Shown: positions 37,763 to 47,361 of the stretch, piece by piece
Numbering within the stretch: position 1 is the stretch's first letter
Layout of the letters: the number at the start of each line of letters is the position of its first letter
Virus record (IMG/VR): IMGVR_UViG_3300047445_000186
Coordinates: 62,001 to 126,000 of that record
Length of the DNA stretch: 64,000 nt
Reading direction: 5' to 3' (one strand)
Translations under genes and position numbers: made by a program
The notes under the pieces: generated by a model
The model's database searches: none
What the model saw: the letters and a program-made list of their open reading frames with translations, nothing else
What the model was told of the DNA's origin: nothing

Positions 37763-38932
37763 ATGGCATCGAAAACAGACGTCACCGTCTACATCGGAAG
37801 GTTCACGCCTTTCCACTTGGGTCACGCGCATGTTCTGCGCCAAGCCCTGAACAACTCCAAGCTCGTCATCGTTCTGCTCGGTTCGGCTTATCTGGCGCGA
37901 TCACTGAAGAACCCCTTCACGTTCATCGAACGTCGCAGGATCATCGAAAGCTGGGTCTCGGCCGAGATCATGGCCGGCACGATTCCGCACGACGCCGAAA
38001 TCCACTTCGCTCCGCTCCGCGACTTCACGTACAACAACGCTCTCTGGATCCGCAATGTCCAGGAGAAGGTGAAGACGATCGTTCGCGATGTGGCACTCCG
38101 TACGAATCAAATCCTGACCGACATCCGTGTCACTGGTTCGGATCGCGATGAATCGACCTGGTACCTGAACGCGTTCCCGCAATGGAAGAAGGCGCTGGTC
38201 GAAACGTTCCGTCACGACGGTACCGGCGATCTGAGTGCGACCGAAGTTCGTGAACTCCTGTTCTCCGGCCGGGCCATGGAGCCGGGCGTTGCTGAACGCC
38301 TGATCGCGATGCTCCCACGTACGACCTATGAATGGCTAGTCAAGTTCGCCGACTCACCAGAACACTTCCGGTTGGCACGGTGGTACGAACAGAACAGAGC
38401 CTATAAGGAAGCCTGGTCGGTTGCACCGTACGCCCCGATCTTCACCACGGTCGATGCCGTGATCGTTCAGTCCGGTCACATTCTCGTCGTCGAGCGCGGA
38501 GCTGAACCGGGCATGGGGCTCTGGGCTCTGCCTGGCGGATTCCTGAACACGAATGAACGGCTGCGTGATGGCGTTGTCCGTGAAGTTCTGGAAGAAACTG
38601 GGCTGCGCCTCGCTGACGGCAAGAAGGCGAAGGAGATCACGGAAGACATTCTGAAGAATTGCATTCGTGAACAGGAAGTGTTCGACGCTCCTGATCGCTC
38701 GATGCGTGGTCGAACCATCACGCACGCGTTCTTCATTCGTCTCGATGACACGAAGCCGCTCCCCAAGGTGAAGGGACAGAACGCGCCACTGCACGAAACT
38801 GGTGGTGTCGCCGAAGTCGAGACTGCGAAGGCGTTCTGGCTGCCAATCAACGAAGCTCTGAGCCGCTCGGAGATGTGGTTCGAAGATCACCACGCAATCA
38901 TCGAGACGATGATTGGCGGAAAGGACCTGTAA
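37763..38932 (+). CDS. nadM: bifunctional NMN adenylyltransferase / ADP-ribose pyrophosphatase (NadM-NUDIX)
   Basis: IGRFTPFHLGH (HxGH), SLKNPFT, SATEVR; Nudix box LPGGFLNTNERLRDGVVREVLEETGL; FEDHH. Confidence 0.95.
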   Translation: MASKTDVTVYIGRFTPFHLGHAHVLRQALNNSKLVIVLLGSAYLARSLKNPFTFIERRRIIESWVSAEIMAGTIPHDAEIHFAPLRDFTYNNALWIRNVQEKVKTIVRDVALRTNQILTDIRVTGSDRDESTWYLNAFPQWKKALVETFRHDGTGDLSATEVRELLFSGRAMEPGVAERLIAMLPRTTYEWLVKFADSPEHFRLARWYEQNRAYKEAWSVAPYAPIFTTVDAVIVQSGHILVVERGAEPGMGLWALPGGFLNTNERLRDGVVREVLEETGLRLADGKKAKEITEDILKNCIREQEVFDAPDRSMRGRTITHAFFIRLDDTKPLPKVKGQNAPLHETGGVAEVETAKAFWLPINEALSRSEMWFEDHHAIIETMIGGKDL

Positions 38933-39264
38933 TGCTGATCTACCTCGCTGCTCCGTACAGCAACGTCGAAGACAAGGACGAGCTGATGAAGAAGATCATG
39001 ACGTACTCAGGTGCGTACATGCTCGAGAACAAGGGCTCGCACATCGTGTCGCCGTTGTTCAATCACTACTCGCTCGAGCATGTGCCTGAGCTCGGTGGAA
39101 CGTACGAGTTCTGGGAAGCGTACTCGGCTGAACTGCTGGGTGTCTGCAGAAAGATGATCGTGCTCACTCTGCCTGGCTGGACGAAGAGCAAAGGCGTGCA
39201 GTCCGAGATGATGATCGCGAAGTCGCGTTCCATCCCGGTTGAGTTCGTCGAACTGTGTATCTAA
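38932..39264 (+). CDS. DUF1937-like / nucleoside 2-deoxyribosyltransferase-fold protein
   Basis: IYLAAPYS...SPL...LPGWTKSKGVQSEM. Confidence 0.75.
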   Translation: MLIYLAAPYSNVEDKDELMKKIMTYSGAYMLENKGSHIVSPLFNHYSLEHVPELGGTYEFWEAYSAELLGVCRKMIVLTLPGWTKSKGVQSEMMIAKSRSIPVEFVELCI

Positions 39265-39312
39265 AAGGTAAGATTCGGACCTTCCTAATCGAATCAAAAC
39301 TGAAAGAAGAAA

Positions 39313-39987
39313 ATGAACTTTCCTGGTGGCAACAAATTCATGGACCGTATGTTCCGCAAGGCTGATGGCGTTGTGTGGGACCTGATGAGCGGCAAGATCG
39401 GCGTGCAAACGTCGGAAGGTATCGCAACGATCGCCGGTGAAGGCGACGACGCGCAGATCACGCTGAACGTGATGGACGAATTCGGCCTGGCTCTGCCAGC
39501 GTTCGCCCAAAGCACGCCAGTCGCGTCGATCAACGTCGGCGACATCATCTACCGCGGCAAGCGCGACAACGTCTCGTTCGTGATCGGCAAGACCGACAAT
39601 GGCAAGTTCAAGGTGATGAGCACCGATGGTGTGACCTCCACCTGGACTCCTCCGAAGGTCGCGATGCTCGGCTTCGAAACTGGCGTGATGGTTCTCCGCT
39701 CGCTGGCCACGATGCTGCCGAACGGCGACAAGGGTCTGGGCGCAATGCAGAACATGCTCCTCCCAATGATGATGATGGGTGGCGGCGAACTGGGCGGCGA
39801 CATGGAAAGCATGCTCCCCCTGATGCTGATGTCCCAAACCAATGGCGGCGACGCTGGTGGCATGGGGAACATGATGCAGACCATGATGATGATGAAGATG
39901 ATGAAGGGCGACGGCGGTTCCCTGTTCGGCGGCAGCTCGAAGAAGTCGACTTCTGAAAGTGGCCGCACCCCTTTCTACAAGGGCTGA
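39313..39987 (+). CDS. hypothetical protein with Met/Gly-rich C-terminus
   Basis: Strong codon bias; MLPMMMMGG repeats. Confidence 0.85.
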   Translation: MNFPGGNKFMDRMFRKADGVVWDLMSGKIGVQTSEGIATIAGEGDDAQITLNVMDEFGLALPAFAQSTPVASINVGDIIYRGKRDNVSFVIGKTDNGKFKVMSTDGVTSTWTPPKVAMLGFETGVMVLRSLATMLPNGDKGLGAMQNMLLPMMMMGGGELGGDMESMLPLMLMSQTNGGDAGGMGNMMQTMMMMKMMKGDGGSLFGGSSKKSTSESGRTPFYKG

Positions 39988-40082
39988 CCGAAGACAGCAG
40001 CGCTAGCGAGAAGTACCACACAGGTCTCCGATCGCTAAGCGCTGCGGAAAGCCAAGCACTGTCAGACATCAGGATTGTAGGC

Positions 40083-40484
40083 ATGCGGTTCTATCCAGGA
40101 TCGTTTGATTCTCTGATCCGAGCATCGCGCTCTCCTGACACCATGATGACCCGGTTATACTTGGTCTCGGAAGTGAACAACAAGTATGATCAACATGCTG
40201 TGATGGTTCACGATGGTGAAAGAAAGATCGCAAGTGTTTGCGCAGAAGATGCACCGAAGGTTCGAGCACTGCTTGAAGCATGGCGAACCGAAAGTTCATC
40301 GGATGATGTGCTGGTTTGCTCGATTGAATATGTCTCTGAAGCGTTCAACGCGGAGAAGTTGTTCAGAAACCGCGGTACTTTGAAAATCCGCGGTCGTCAT
40401 CGAGTGAATGAGCGCCTTGCTCGCAAATACGTCAAAGAGCGTGGTAATCGGATCGATCCGAAAACGTTCGAACTAGTTAACTGA
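40083..40484 (+). CDS. hypothetical protein, possible HIRAN-like
   Basis: YLVSEVNNKYDQHAVMV...IASV resembles the HIRAN EPxNxYDxxAVxV motif. Confidence 0.65.
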   Translation: MRFYPGSFDSLIRASRSPDTMMTRLYLVSEVNNKYDQHAVMVHDGERKIASVCAEDAPKVRALLEAWRTESSSDDVLVCSIEYVSEAFNAEKLFRNRGTLKIRGRHRVNERLARKYVKERGNRIDPKTFELVN

Positions 40485-40494
40485 AGGAAGAAAA

Positions 40495-41400
40495 ATGGGA
40501 AACGCACGTTGGGATGACAGAGCGTACAAGTCGTACGCTGATACCACGAACTACCGCAGTGCAAGCATCGACAAGGTGTTCTCGCACAAGGTGAATGAAA
40601 AGCTCGATCCGCGGAACGTGAAGGTCGGCAAGGGCGATCGCAAGGGTCTGCAGCTTCGCGAGTCGATCATCAGCGAAGAAAATCCGAATCCGACCCCGAT
40701 CATTCTCGGTCTGGACGTCACTGGTTCGATGGGCCAGGTCGCTGAGCAAATCGCGAAGGACGAGCTGCCGACGCTGATGACGAAGATCCATGAAACTGGC
40801 GTCGTGACTGATCCGCACGTGATGTTCATGGGGATCGACGACGTGTTCGCTCAAGGTCATGGTGCTCTGCAAGTCTCGTACTTCGAGCCTGATCTGCGGA
40901 TCGTCGAGCAGCTGCGGAACATGTGGCTCGTCAAGAACGGTGGCGGGAACGGTTCCGAGTCGTACGACTTGGCCTGGTACTTCGCTGGTCGGTACACCTA
41001 CCTCGAAGGCTTCGAGAAGCAAGATCGCAAGGGCTTCTTGTTCACGTTCGGTGATGAGCCTGCACCGTTCCAAACTGTCAGCCCCGGTCATCTGGAGCAA
41101 ATCTTCGGCCCTGGCGACTACGAATCAACTGCACCTGCAGTGAGCCTGAAGTCGGCACAAGCGAAGTACCAAGTGTTCCACATCGTGGTTGAACGCAGCT
41201 CCAGCAGCCGCTCCCTGCGCAAGAGCTGGACGGATCTGCTCGGCAATAACGCGATCTTCCTGCGCGAAGTGGAGTTCCTGACTCCTGTCGTTCTTGCAAC
41301 GATGGCAATCGCGAACGGCGCGAACATCCAAGACGTGATCGCTGAAAGTGAATGCCCTGCTGAACTGCGGCACGCATTCGCGAACGTGCTGGGTGAATGA
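40495..41400 (+). CDS. vWA domain protein
   Basis: MIDAS-type GLDVTGSMG, MGIDD, GGGNGSESY, FTFGDEP. Confidence 0.88.
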   Translation: MGNARWDDRAYKSYADTTNYRSASIDKVFSHKVNEKLDPRNVKVGKGDRKGLQLRESIISEENPNPTPIILGLDVTGSMGQVAEQIAKDELPTLMTKIHETGVVTDPHVMFMGIDDVFAQGHGALQVSYFEPDLRIVEQLRNMWLVKNGGGNGSESYDLAWYFAGRYTYLEGFEKQDRKGFLFTFGDEPAPFQTVSPGHLEQIFGPGDYESTAPAVSLKSAQAKYQVFHIVVERSSSSRSLRKSWTDLLGNNAIFLREVEFLTPVVLATMAIANGANIQDVIAESECPAELRHAFANVLGE

Positions 41401-41555
41401 TGCTCGAGTACAAGATCGCTGCGGGTACCAGCATTCGTGAGCTGGAAATAGCGGTCCAATTCTGGCTCGATCTCGGATGGTCACTGCAAGGTGGTGTCGG
41501 AGTTGGGCCGTACTTGTACCAAGCTCTCGTTAAAACCAAAACTGAAGAAGTGTAA
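41397..41555 (+). CDS. small DUF1737-like protein (52 aa)
   Basis: Not in track; YKI...LEIAVQFWLDLGWSLQGGV...YQALVK; ATGA and TAAATG coupling. Confidence 0.7.
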   Translation: MMLEYKIAAGTSIRELEIAVQFWLDLGWSLQGGVGVGPYLYQALVKTKTEEV

Positions 41556-42782
41556 ATGTCTGGCTCTACTGTTGCAGTTATCGGTGCGAATTTTGGTGAT
41601 GAAGGCAAGGGCCTGATCACTGACTTCGAAACCCGTCGTCTGAATGCGAAGCTTGTCGCGCGCATGAATGGTGGAGCTCAGGCAGGACACACGGTAGTCA
41701 CCACCGAAGGAGACCGGCATGTGTTCGGTCACTTCGGTGCTGGCACCTTTGCAGGTGCTGACACGTACCTGCCAGCCACCTTCCTTGTGAACCCTCTCGT
41801 TCACGAAAAGGAAAAGAATACCCTTGGCGCGAGAGCTACAAGAACGTTCGTACATCCACATGCACCTGTCTCGACGATCTGGGACATGGCATTGAATGCG
41901 ATCGTTGAGCTCTCGCGCGATAAGCCACATGGCTCTTGCGGCCTTGGCATCAATGAGACCGTGACTCGCACTATTGCTGGGCACGGTATTCTGTTCAACA
42001 TGCTGAAGACTCAGACGGTCGAGCACGTTGCTGGTGTGATGAGCCTGATTCGTCGTGACTGGATTCCAGAACGGATCAAGAGCTTCGGCATCGATTTCAA
42101 TTCGCATAGTGATCAGCTGCGTGCAAAGCTTGAGCCGATGCTGAACGTGCTGAATGACCTCGACTTCATGCGACACGCCCAGCGGCTTGTCGATGCAGCC
42201 GCTGGTCTTGAACTCGGTCAGCCGACGATTGAAGGCAATCTTGTGATTGAAGGTGCGCAAGGCTTGCAGCTCGATCAAGACCTCGGAATCTTTCCGCACG
42301 TGACTCGTTCGATGACGGGCCTCGGATCGGCGATCGTGACTGCGAATGAACTTGGCCGCAAGAGTGTTCAGCCCGTGTACATCACGCGTTGCTACCTGAC
42401 TCGCCATGGTGCAGGGCCACTCGAGCACGAGAAGATTCGATTCACTGAGCAGAAATTGTTCGATCAGACTAATCAACCGAATCAATGGCAAGGTACGCTT
42501 CGGTACGCACCACTGAATCTCGTGCAGCTTGAAGACTTCATTCGCCGCGACTGTGTGCGTGGTGCTGAATTCGCCAGCCGCATGAAGATCGAACTGGAGC
42601 AGCCAACGATCGCGGTCACGTGCCTCGATCAGGTCGGCTCTGAGATCTCGATGTTCGGCGCAGATCAAGAATTAGTCACGATCCCGACAGAGAATGCAGC
42701 TAGCTACATTGCAGACACGTTGAAACTCAGGTTGAGCCACTCGTCCCGCGGCCCATCTGCTGCTGACGTGCAGTTCATGTAA
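41556..42782 (+). CDS. purA: adenylosuccinate synthetase-like protein (divergent PurA)
   Basis: GANFGDEGKG, NGGAQAGHT, EGAQGLQLD, PHVTRS, YLTRHGAGP. Confidence 0.88.
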   Translation: MSGSTVAVIGANFGDEGKGLITDFETRRLNAKLVARMNGGAQAGHTVVTTEGDRHVFGHFGAGTFAGADTYLPATFLVNPLVHEKEKNTLGARATRTFVHPHAPVSTIWDMALNAIVELSRDKPHGSCGLGINETVTRTIAGHGILFNMLKTQTVEHVAGVMSLIRRDWIPERIKSFGIDFNSHSDQLRAKLEPMLNVLNDLDFMRHAQRLVDAAAGLELGQPTIEGNLVIEGAQGLQLDQDLGIFPHVTRSMTGLGSAIVTANELGRKSVQPVYITRCYLTRHGAGPLEHEKIRFTEQKLFDQTNQPNQWQGTLRYAPLNLVQLEDFIRRDCVRGAEFASRMKIELEQPTIAVTCLDQVGSEISMFGADQELVTIPTENAASYIADTLKLRLSHSSRGPSAADVQFM

Positions 42783-42797
42783 AATTGATCTATTGAA

Positions 42798-42875
42798 GAG
42801 GTGTGCCGAAGACCTCAATGAACTTCGGCAGTGAGCGATAGACGCGAGCTAAGAAAAGTAGAGGAGCTCTACCAA
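42798..42875 (+). promoter_or_regulatory. structured leader of NAMPT gene, leader motif copy 2
   Basis: GAGGT/ACCTC and TGCCGAAG/CTTCGGCA overlapping pairings; GAGCGATAGACGC; GTAGAG-GAG-CTCTAC hairpin covering the SD. Confidence 0.65.
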
Positions 42876-44342
42876 ATGTCACAAAGAACCGCAGCAGAAT
42901 TCCTGGCCCCGAAGGCCACGGACATCAAGTACACGCACGACGATCAGCTGATCATCAGCCTGATCTGCCGTACCGACTCGTACAAGTTCGGTCACCCGTT
43001 CGCATACCCCGAAGAAGTGAAGGGGATGTCCTCGTACGGCGAAGCCCGTGTCGATCGGAAGACCACGATCATTCCGTTCGGAATGCAGATCCTCGTGAAG
43101 AAGTTCCTCACGCAACGGATCACCATGGCGCACATCGACGCTGCTGAAGCATTCGCGCTCGCTCACTTCGGCCGCCCTCTGTTCGCTCGCGCTGCCTGGG
43201 AAAAGGTCGTGCAAGTGTACGACGGCTACCTGCCCCTGATCATCCGCGCAGTTCGCGAAGGTACGAAGATCACCGGTGGCCTGCCGATCTACAGCGTGAC
43301 CTGCCTCGACGAAGACCTGTTCTGGATGTCGAGCGGTATCGAAACGCTGATCCTTCGCGGTATCTGGTACCCGACGTCGATCGCGACGATGGACAACTCG
43401 ATCAAGCGCGAAATCAAGCACTACTACGAAATCACCGGCGCAGACATGAATCTGCTCCCGTTCTCGCTGCACGACTTCGGTGGTCGCGGTGTGACGAGCT
43501 CGGAGCAAGCTGAAATCGGTGGTGCAGCGCACACCGTGAACTTCATGGGTTCCGACACGGTCGAAGGCGTCCTTGCGGCGAACTTCTACTACAAGCACGC
43601 AATGACTGCGTTCTCGGTGTTCGCAACCGAGCACAGCATCGAATGTTCGTTCGGTGGTGGTCGTGAAGACGCACTGCGGTACATCCGCCAAGTGCTGAAG
43701 AACGCGCTCCCTGGCTCGATCGTTTCGTTCGTGCTTGACGGGTACGACGTGTACCGTGAAGCCGAGCTGGCCTGCACCGTGCTGCACGACGAAATCCTGG
43801 CGACGAACGCGAAGGTCGTGTTCCGCCCTGACAGCGGCGACATGATGGAAGTCGTTCCCCGCATCCTGCTCCTGCAAGCGAAGTGCTTCGGCACTGTGAA
43901 GAACTCGAAGGGTTTCCTGAAGGTGAACACCGTCGGCATTCTGCAAGGCGATGGCGTTGATCACCTTGCGATCACCTCGCTGCTTGGCAAGCTCCTGACC
44001 ATGGGGTTCTCTGCTGACAACGTCGTGTTCGGCTCGGGTGGTGCTCTCCTGCAGAAGGTCAATCGCGACACATTCAAGTTCGCACAGAAGGCCTCCGCTG
44101 TTCTCGTGAATGGCGTGTGGAAGGGTATCGCGAAGGATCCGATCACCGACCCTGGCAAGAAGTCGAAGGAAGGCATCCTCACTACCGTGCGTTCGCGCAT
44201 GACTGGTGAACTGATGGCTGCTCGCCTCGATCTGGCGCCGCTGAACGAAGAATTCGAGGACCTCCATGTCCTGGTTTACTACTACGGTCAGCTGTACAAC
44301 GAGACCACGATGGACGAAGTCCGCGAACGCGCAGCAGTCTGA
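42876..44342 (+). CDS. nadV: nicotinamide phosphoribosyltransferase
   Basis: TDSYKFGH, LHDFGGRG, ATEHS, SFVLDGYD, VFRPDSGD, LQGDG, FGSGGALLQKVNRDTFKFAQK, KDPITDPGKKSK. Confidence 0.96.
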   Translation: MSQRTAAEFLAPKATDIKYTHDDQLIISLICRTDSYKFGHPFAYPEEVKGMSSYGEARVDRKTTIIPFGMQILVKKFLTQRITMAHIDAAEAFALAHFGRPLFARAAWEKVVQVYDGYLPLIIRAVREGTKITGGLPIYSVTCLDEDLFWMSSGIETLILRGIWYPTSIATMDNSIKREIKHYYEITGADMNLLPFSLHDFGGRGVTSSEQAEIGGAAHTVNFMGSDTVEGVLAANFYYKHAMTAFSVFATEHSIECSFGGGREDALRYIRQVLKNALPGSIVSFVLDGYDVYREAELACTVLHDEILATNAKVVFRPDSGDMMEVVPRILLLQAKCFGTVKNSKGFLKVNTVGILQGDGVDHLAITSLLGKLLTMGFSADNVVFGSGGALLQKVNRDTFKFAQKASAVLVNGVWKGIAKDPITDPGKKSKEGILTTVRSRMTGELMAARLDLAPLNEEFEDLHVLVYYYGQLYNETTMDEVRERAAV

Positions 44343-44344
44343 TC

Positions 44345-44569
44345 ATGCAGAAGTACGACCTGACCGTTCTCACGAAGTTTGAACCTCAAGCTCGTGAGAT
44401 GTGCAAGAACCTTGGAGTCAACCCTGACGAACAGGTCCATGCCGGTGAGTACGGTTGGATTCAACCTGCATGGTTCGCCGAAGCCGAGAGGCTGGCAGTT
44501 CTGTTCGATCGCCTGGTGCTCCTAGGGGTGATCGAACAGAAAGCTGTACAGCTTATCACCCTCCCTTAA
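44345..44569 (+). CDS. hypothetical protein
   Basis: TGATCATG coupling. Confidence 0.7.
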   Translation: MQKYDLTVLTKFEPQAREMCKNLGVNPDEQVHAGEYGWIQPAWFAEAERLAVLFDRLVLLGVIEQKAVQLITLP

Positions 44570-44605
44570 ACGGTGTCCCTGAACACCACCTGATCACTCC
44601 GGAAT

Positions 44606-44923
44606 ATGAACGTCGACATCGCGATCTTTGATGACCAGACCCAAGACCCGAACGCATCTGTTCGGAATGCCGTGCACTGCCTCGCATGGGTGCAGGTCGA
44701 AACCCAACCGTCGGTGCAGAATCCGAAAGTCCCTGATCTACTGATCATCGCAAGCGGTGGCAAGCAGTACCGCTTCACGAATCCCGCGTTGGTCTCGATC
44801 GGTCATGGCCGCACTGTGCTCCGCGTGTTCGAAGCACGTGACAGCGGTTCCGTTGGTGGTGTCGTCGAGCGCATGATCGTGATCATGGTTGCTGGCGCCC
44901 TTGGCGAAGCACTGCACGACTGA
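44606..44923 (+). CDS. hypothetical protein
   Basis: Typical codon usage. Confidence 0.7.
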   Translation: MNVDIAIFDDQTQDPNASVRNAVHCLAWVQVETQPSVQNPKVPDLLIIASGGKQYRFTNPALVSIGHGRTVLRVFEARDSGSVGGVVERMIVIMVAGALGEALHD

Positions 44924-44925
44924 TC

Positions 44926-45258
44926 ATGAAAAATCTGATCATCGCAGCTCTGCTGCTCGCATCGTCTACTGTGTTCGCGCATGGTAGCTCCCATCCAAAG
45001 AAGGAAGACCCGCCTCCGCCGCCAGAAGTTGTCGCGACTGGAAAGCCTTGTTGGATCCAGGTGAACGACGAGCCGACGTACATGAACGCGAAGTTGATCA
45101 CGCAGATCAGCAAGACGCGTGTATGGAACAAGAAAACTTCCGAGTACGACCTTCCGGCGGTGTTTTATCAAGCAGGTAAACAGACAGCCGTGGCTGCAAC
45201 CCCGAATCCTGAAGCGGTCATGAAAGACTTCATGGCGCAAACCGACAAATGCAAATGA
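44926..45258 (+). CDS. secreted protein
   Basis: Signal peptide MKNLIIAALLLASSTVFA; two Cys. Confidence 0.8.
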   Translation: MKNLIIAALLLASSTVFAHGSSHPKKEDPPPPPEVVATGKPCWIQVNDEPTYMNAKLITQISKTRVWNKKTSEYDLPAVFYQAGKQTAVAATPNPEAVMKDFMAQTDKCK

Positions 45259-45265
45259 GATCACC

Positions 45266-45664
45266 ATGCGCTGGGCCCAATACCACTCCAAAGGATATGA
45301 GTGCTCTTCGCGAGGCGATAAGCGCTTCAGCGCTCTGTTCGCTCGCCTTGCTGATGGAAGAACTATCGAAGAAGGGTATCAGCTGGACGTCAAGGGATAC
45401 CGACAGCATTCGAATGAGTGGCGAGCCGGCAAAGGTAAGCCTCCACTTAACGGCAAAACAAAGGCCGAACTCTGGGCTGAGTATCTCGTACTCTGGGAAA
45501 CCTGGGCAAGCGAGAATCCCGAGCTGATCGTTGAACTAGAATTGAAATCTCGCGATAAAGTTCTAACCGATATGTTCGCGACGACAGACGTAAACCAAGC
45601 GCACGCACTGAGCGTGATCATTCGAAACATGCGTGAGAACGCGAGAACAGGATTCACTTTTTAA
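45266..45664 (+). CDS. NADAR-like ADP-ribose hydrolase (tentative)
   Basis: YECSSRGDKRFSALFA...TIEEGYQ...K; C-terminal WASENPELIVEL...VLTDMFA...NQAHAL parallels the NADAR QNPxL...L-x-E...N-x-L pattern; the function is inference. Confidence 0.5.
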   Translation: MRWAQYHSKGYECSSRGDKRFSALFARLADGRTIEEGYQLDVKGYRQHSNEWRAGKGKPPLNGKTKAELWAEYLVLWETWASENPELIVELELKSRDKVLTDMFATTDVNQAHALSVIIRNMRENARTGFTF

Positions 45665-45666
45665 TC

Positions 45667-45885
45667 ATGCCGAACATCCATCGCCAAGTCACCGTCGTCA
45701 TTTCGCCCGACGAAGTGATGAACATTCTCCGCCAGCATGGTCAAGTTCCTGAGAACGCCGTCGCAAAGTTCTCGCACCGCGTTGGTGACAGCCGTGGGAG
45801 CGCATGCTCGGCGCATGCTCCGCACGTTTCGTTCACGTACACCGAAGGCCTGACGCCGACCAGCACCTACGGTGGTCCGGGCTAA
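45667..45885 (+). CDS. hypothetical protein
   Basis: TAATCATG coupling. Confidence 0.7.
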   Translation: MPNIHRQVTVVISPDEVMNILRQHGQVPENAVAKFSHRVGDSRGSACSAHAPHVSFTYTEGLTPTSTYGGPG

Positions 45886-45937
45886 CTATGTACGGGTCCG
45901 TCGATCTATGATATAAAGGTTCCTGAAAGGAACCCGT

Positions 45938-46288
45938 ATGATTCTGAATCGACGGAAGCTGATAAGCAGCAGAGAAGCAGTTGAGGCAAAGTGTCAGCAC
46001 GACAAGCCTTGTTCTGATTGTCCATGGGCTCGTGATTCACTTCACGGCTGGTTAGGTGGATTTTCACCTGACACGTGGACAGCGGCTGCGCACGGCGAAG
46101 AGGTAATTTGGTGTCACATGCTAATCGGCGCGCAATGCGCCGGTGCTGCGATCTACCGCGCGAATGTTGCGAAGAACACCAGATCCGATCAGACTCTTCG
46201 TCTCCCAAAAGATCCAAAGATGGTGTTCAACACGCCGTTCGAGTTCTGGGATCACCATACGATCGCGCCCAGGAAGGACAAGAAATGA
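45938..46288 (+). CDS. Cys/His-rich hypothetical protein
   Basis: KPCSDCPW...WCH...CAGA. Confidence 0.8.
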   Translation: MILNRRKLISSREAVEAKCQHDKPCSDCPWARDSLHGWLGGFSPDTWTAAAHGEEVIWCHMLIGAQCAGAAIYRANVAKNTRSDQTLRLPKDPKMVFNTPFEFWDHHTIAPRKDKK

Positions 46289-46527
46289 TCCAGCTTCTCT
46301 TGACATTCACGACACCTGTGTCGTACACCGCGCAAGAGCTCACTGCCGTGATAAATGGTCGTGGACCGAGGCGGTGGCAAGCAAAAACCGTTCGCGTTTC
46401 GCAGATGCTGAAGATGGCCGCGGGATCACGGCGGCTCACGGTTGACCGGAAGATCATCGTGAACAAGCTCATTGTCACGTACTCAGGTCCAGAAAGCGTA
46501 TTCGAAGAGATCATGAAACGGGCGTAG
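46285..46527 (+). CDS. hypothetical protein
   Basis: AGGA SD, ATGA overlap; ends TAG. Confidence 0.6.
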   Translation: MIQLLLTFTTPVSYTAQELTAVINGRGPRRWQAKTVRVSQMLKMAAGSRRLTVDRKIIVNKLIVTYSGPESVFEEIMKRA

Positions 46528-46561
46528 AATCCTTAAATAGAAGGAACTACCTGCCCTGAAC

Positions 46562-47005
46562 ATGAAACTGTTTGAACTGAAATCCCACCGTCCGCGCGTG
46601 CACACACCGGACACGATGGATCTGTACCTTGATCTGTCCGAGTACGGCATGAGCGACGAAGTCGACGTTCAAGTCGAATACGAATACGAAGGTGAGTCGC
46701 ACACCGATCATCCTTACGGTTCCGGCACCGCTCGTGAACATCACCCAGCTCGCCTGACCGTCGGTGAAGTGAAGACGATCCGTGACGAGCCAACGTACGA
46801 TCAAGACGGGAACGAGAACGGAACTCCGCTGCCAAAGGGCACCGTGATTTCGAATCTCGAGTGGTACAAGCATGCGGACAGCCTGCACGACTGGATCGAA
46901 GAGAAGGTTCAGAGCAAGCTCGCAGACATGGCCGACGAGAACTTCGAAGAGCCAGATCGCGATGATTACTACGACGCGTACTCTGATTACGACGGCCCTA
47001 ACTGA
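46562..47005 (+). CDS. acidic late protein, MKLFEL N-terminus
   Basis: TAAATA 46534; very acidic. Confidence 0.85.
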   Translation: MKLFELKSHRPRVHTPDTMDLYLDLSEYGMSDEVDVQVEYEYEGESHTDHPYGSGTAREHHPARLTVGEVKTIRDEPTYDQDGNENGTPLPKGTVISNLEWYKHADSLHDWIEEKVQSKLADMADENFEEPDRDDYYDAYSDYDGPN

Positions 47006-47013
47006 GAACCACT

Positions 47014-47361
47014 ATGAATCTGACTGAAATCCGCGGCGCAAAGCCGCACAAATTCGCCATTGTCTATGAAGGATCATGGGAAGGCGAAGACGAGAACCAC
47101 ACTGAGTACTCGATGCTTGATGTGTTCGAAGTCTCTGCTGCCGATCTGAAGAAGTTCGCTGCCGCGAATGACTGGCCTGTCGGCGAGTTTATTGATGGCG
47201 CCGACGGTAGCGCTGAAGCAGCCACTGTTCTTGCGAAAGCACTGGAAGCTGGACAGCTCGGCAAGAAGACCGGAAAAGTTAAGGTGTTCGGTTCTGATGT
47301 CGGCGTCGAGAACGTCGAATCTGCAGATAGCAGCGTCAATCTGTTGTTCCCTGAGCTGTAA
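47014..47361 (+). CDS. acidic late protein, MNLTEI N-terminus
   Basis: Same transcription unit. Confidence 0.8.
   Translation: MNLTEIRGAKPHKFAIVYEGSWEGEDENHTEYSMLDVFEVSAADLKKFAAANDWPVGEFIDGADGSAEAATVLAKALEAGQLGKKTGKVKVFGSDVGVENVESADSSVNLLFPEL

Noticed and set aside
41556-42782. PurZ (2-aminoadenine genome pathway)
   Set aside because: The protein keeps the PurA-type GDEGKG aspartate rather than the GSTGKG of PurZ, and no DatZ/MazZ partner is recognisable in the window.
16758-44267. Long minus-strand ORFs in the track (e.g. 16758..18770, 23972..25228, 30362..31903, 42879..44267)
   Set aside because: They are antisense shadows of + strand genes with strong codon bias, and show no protein motifs or SD sites.
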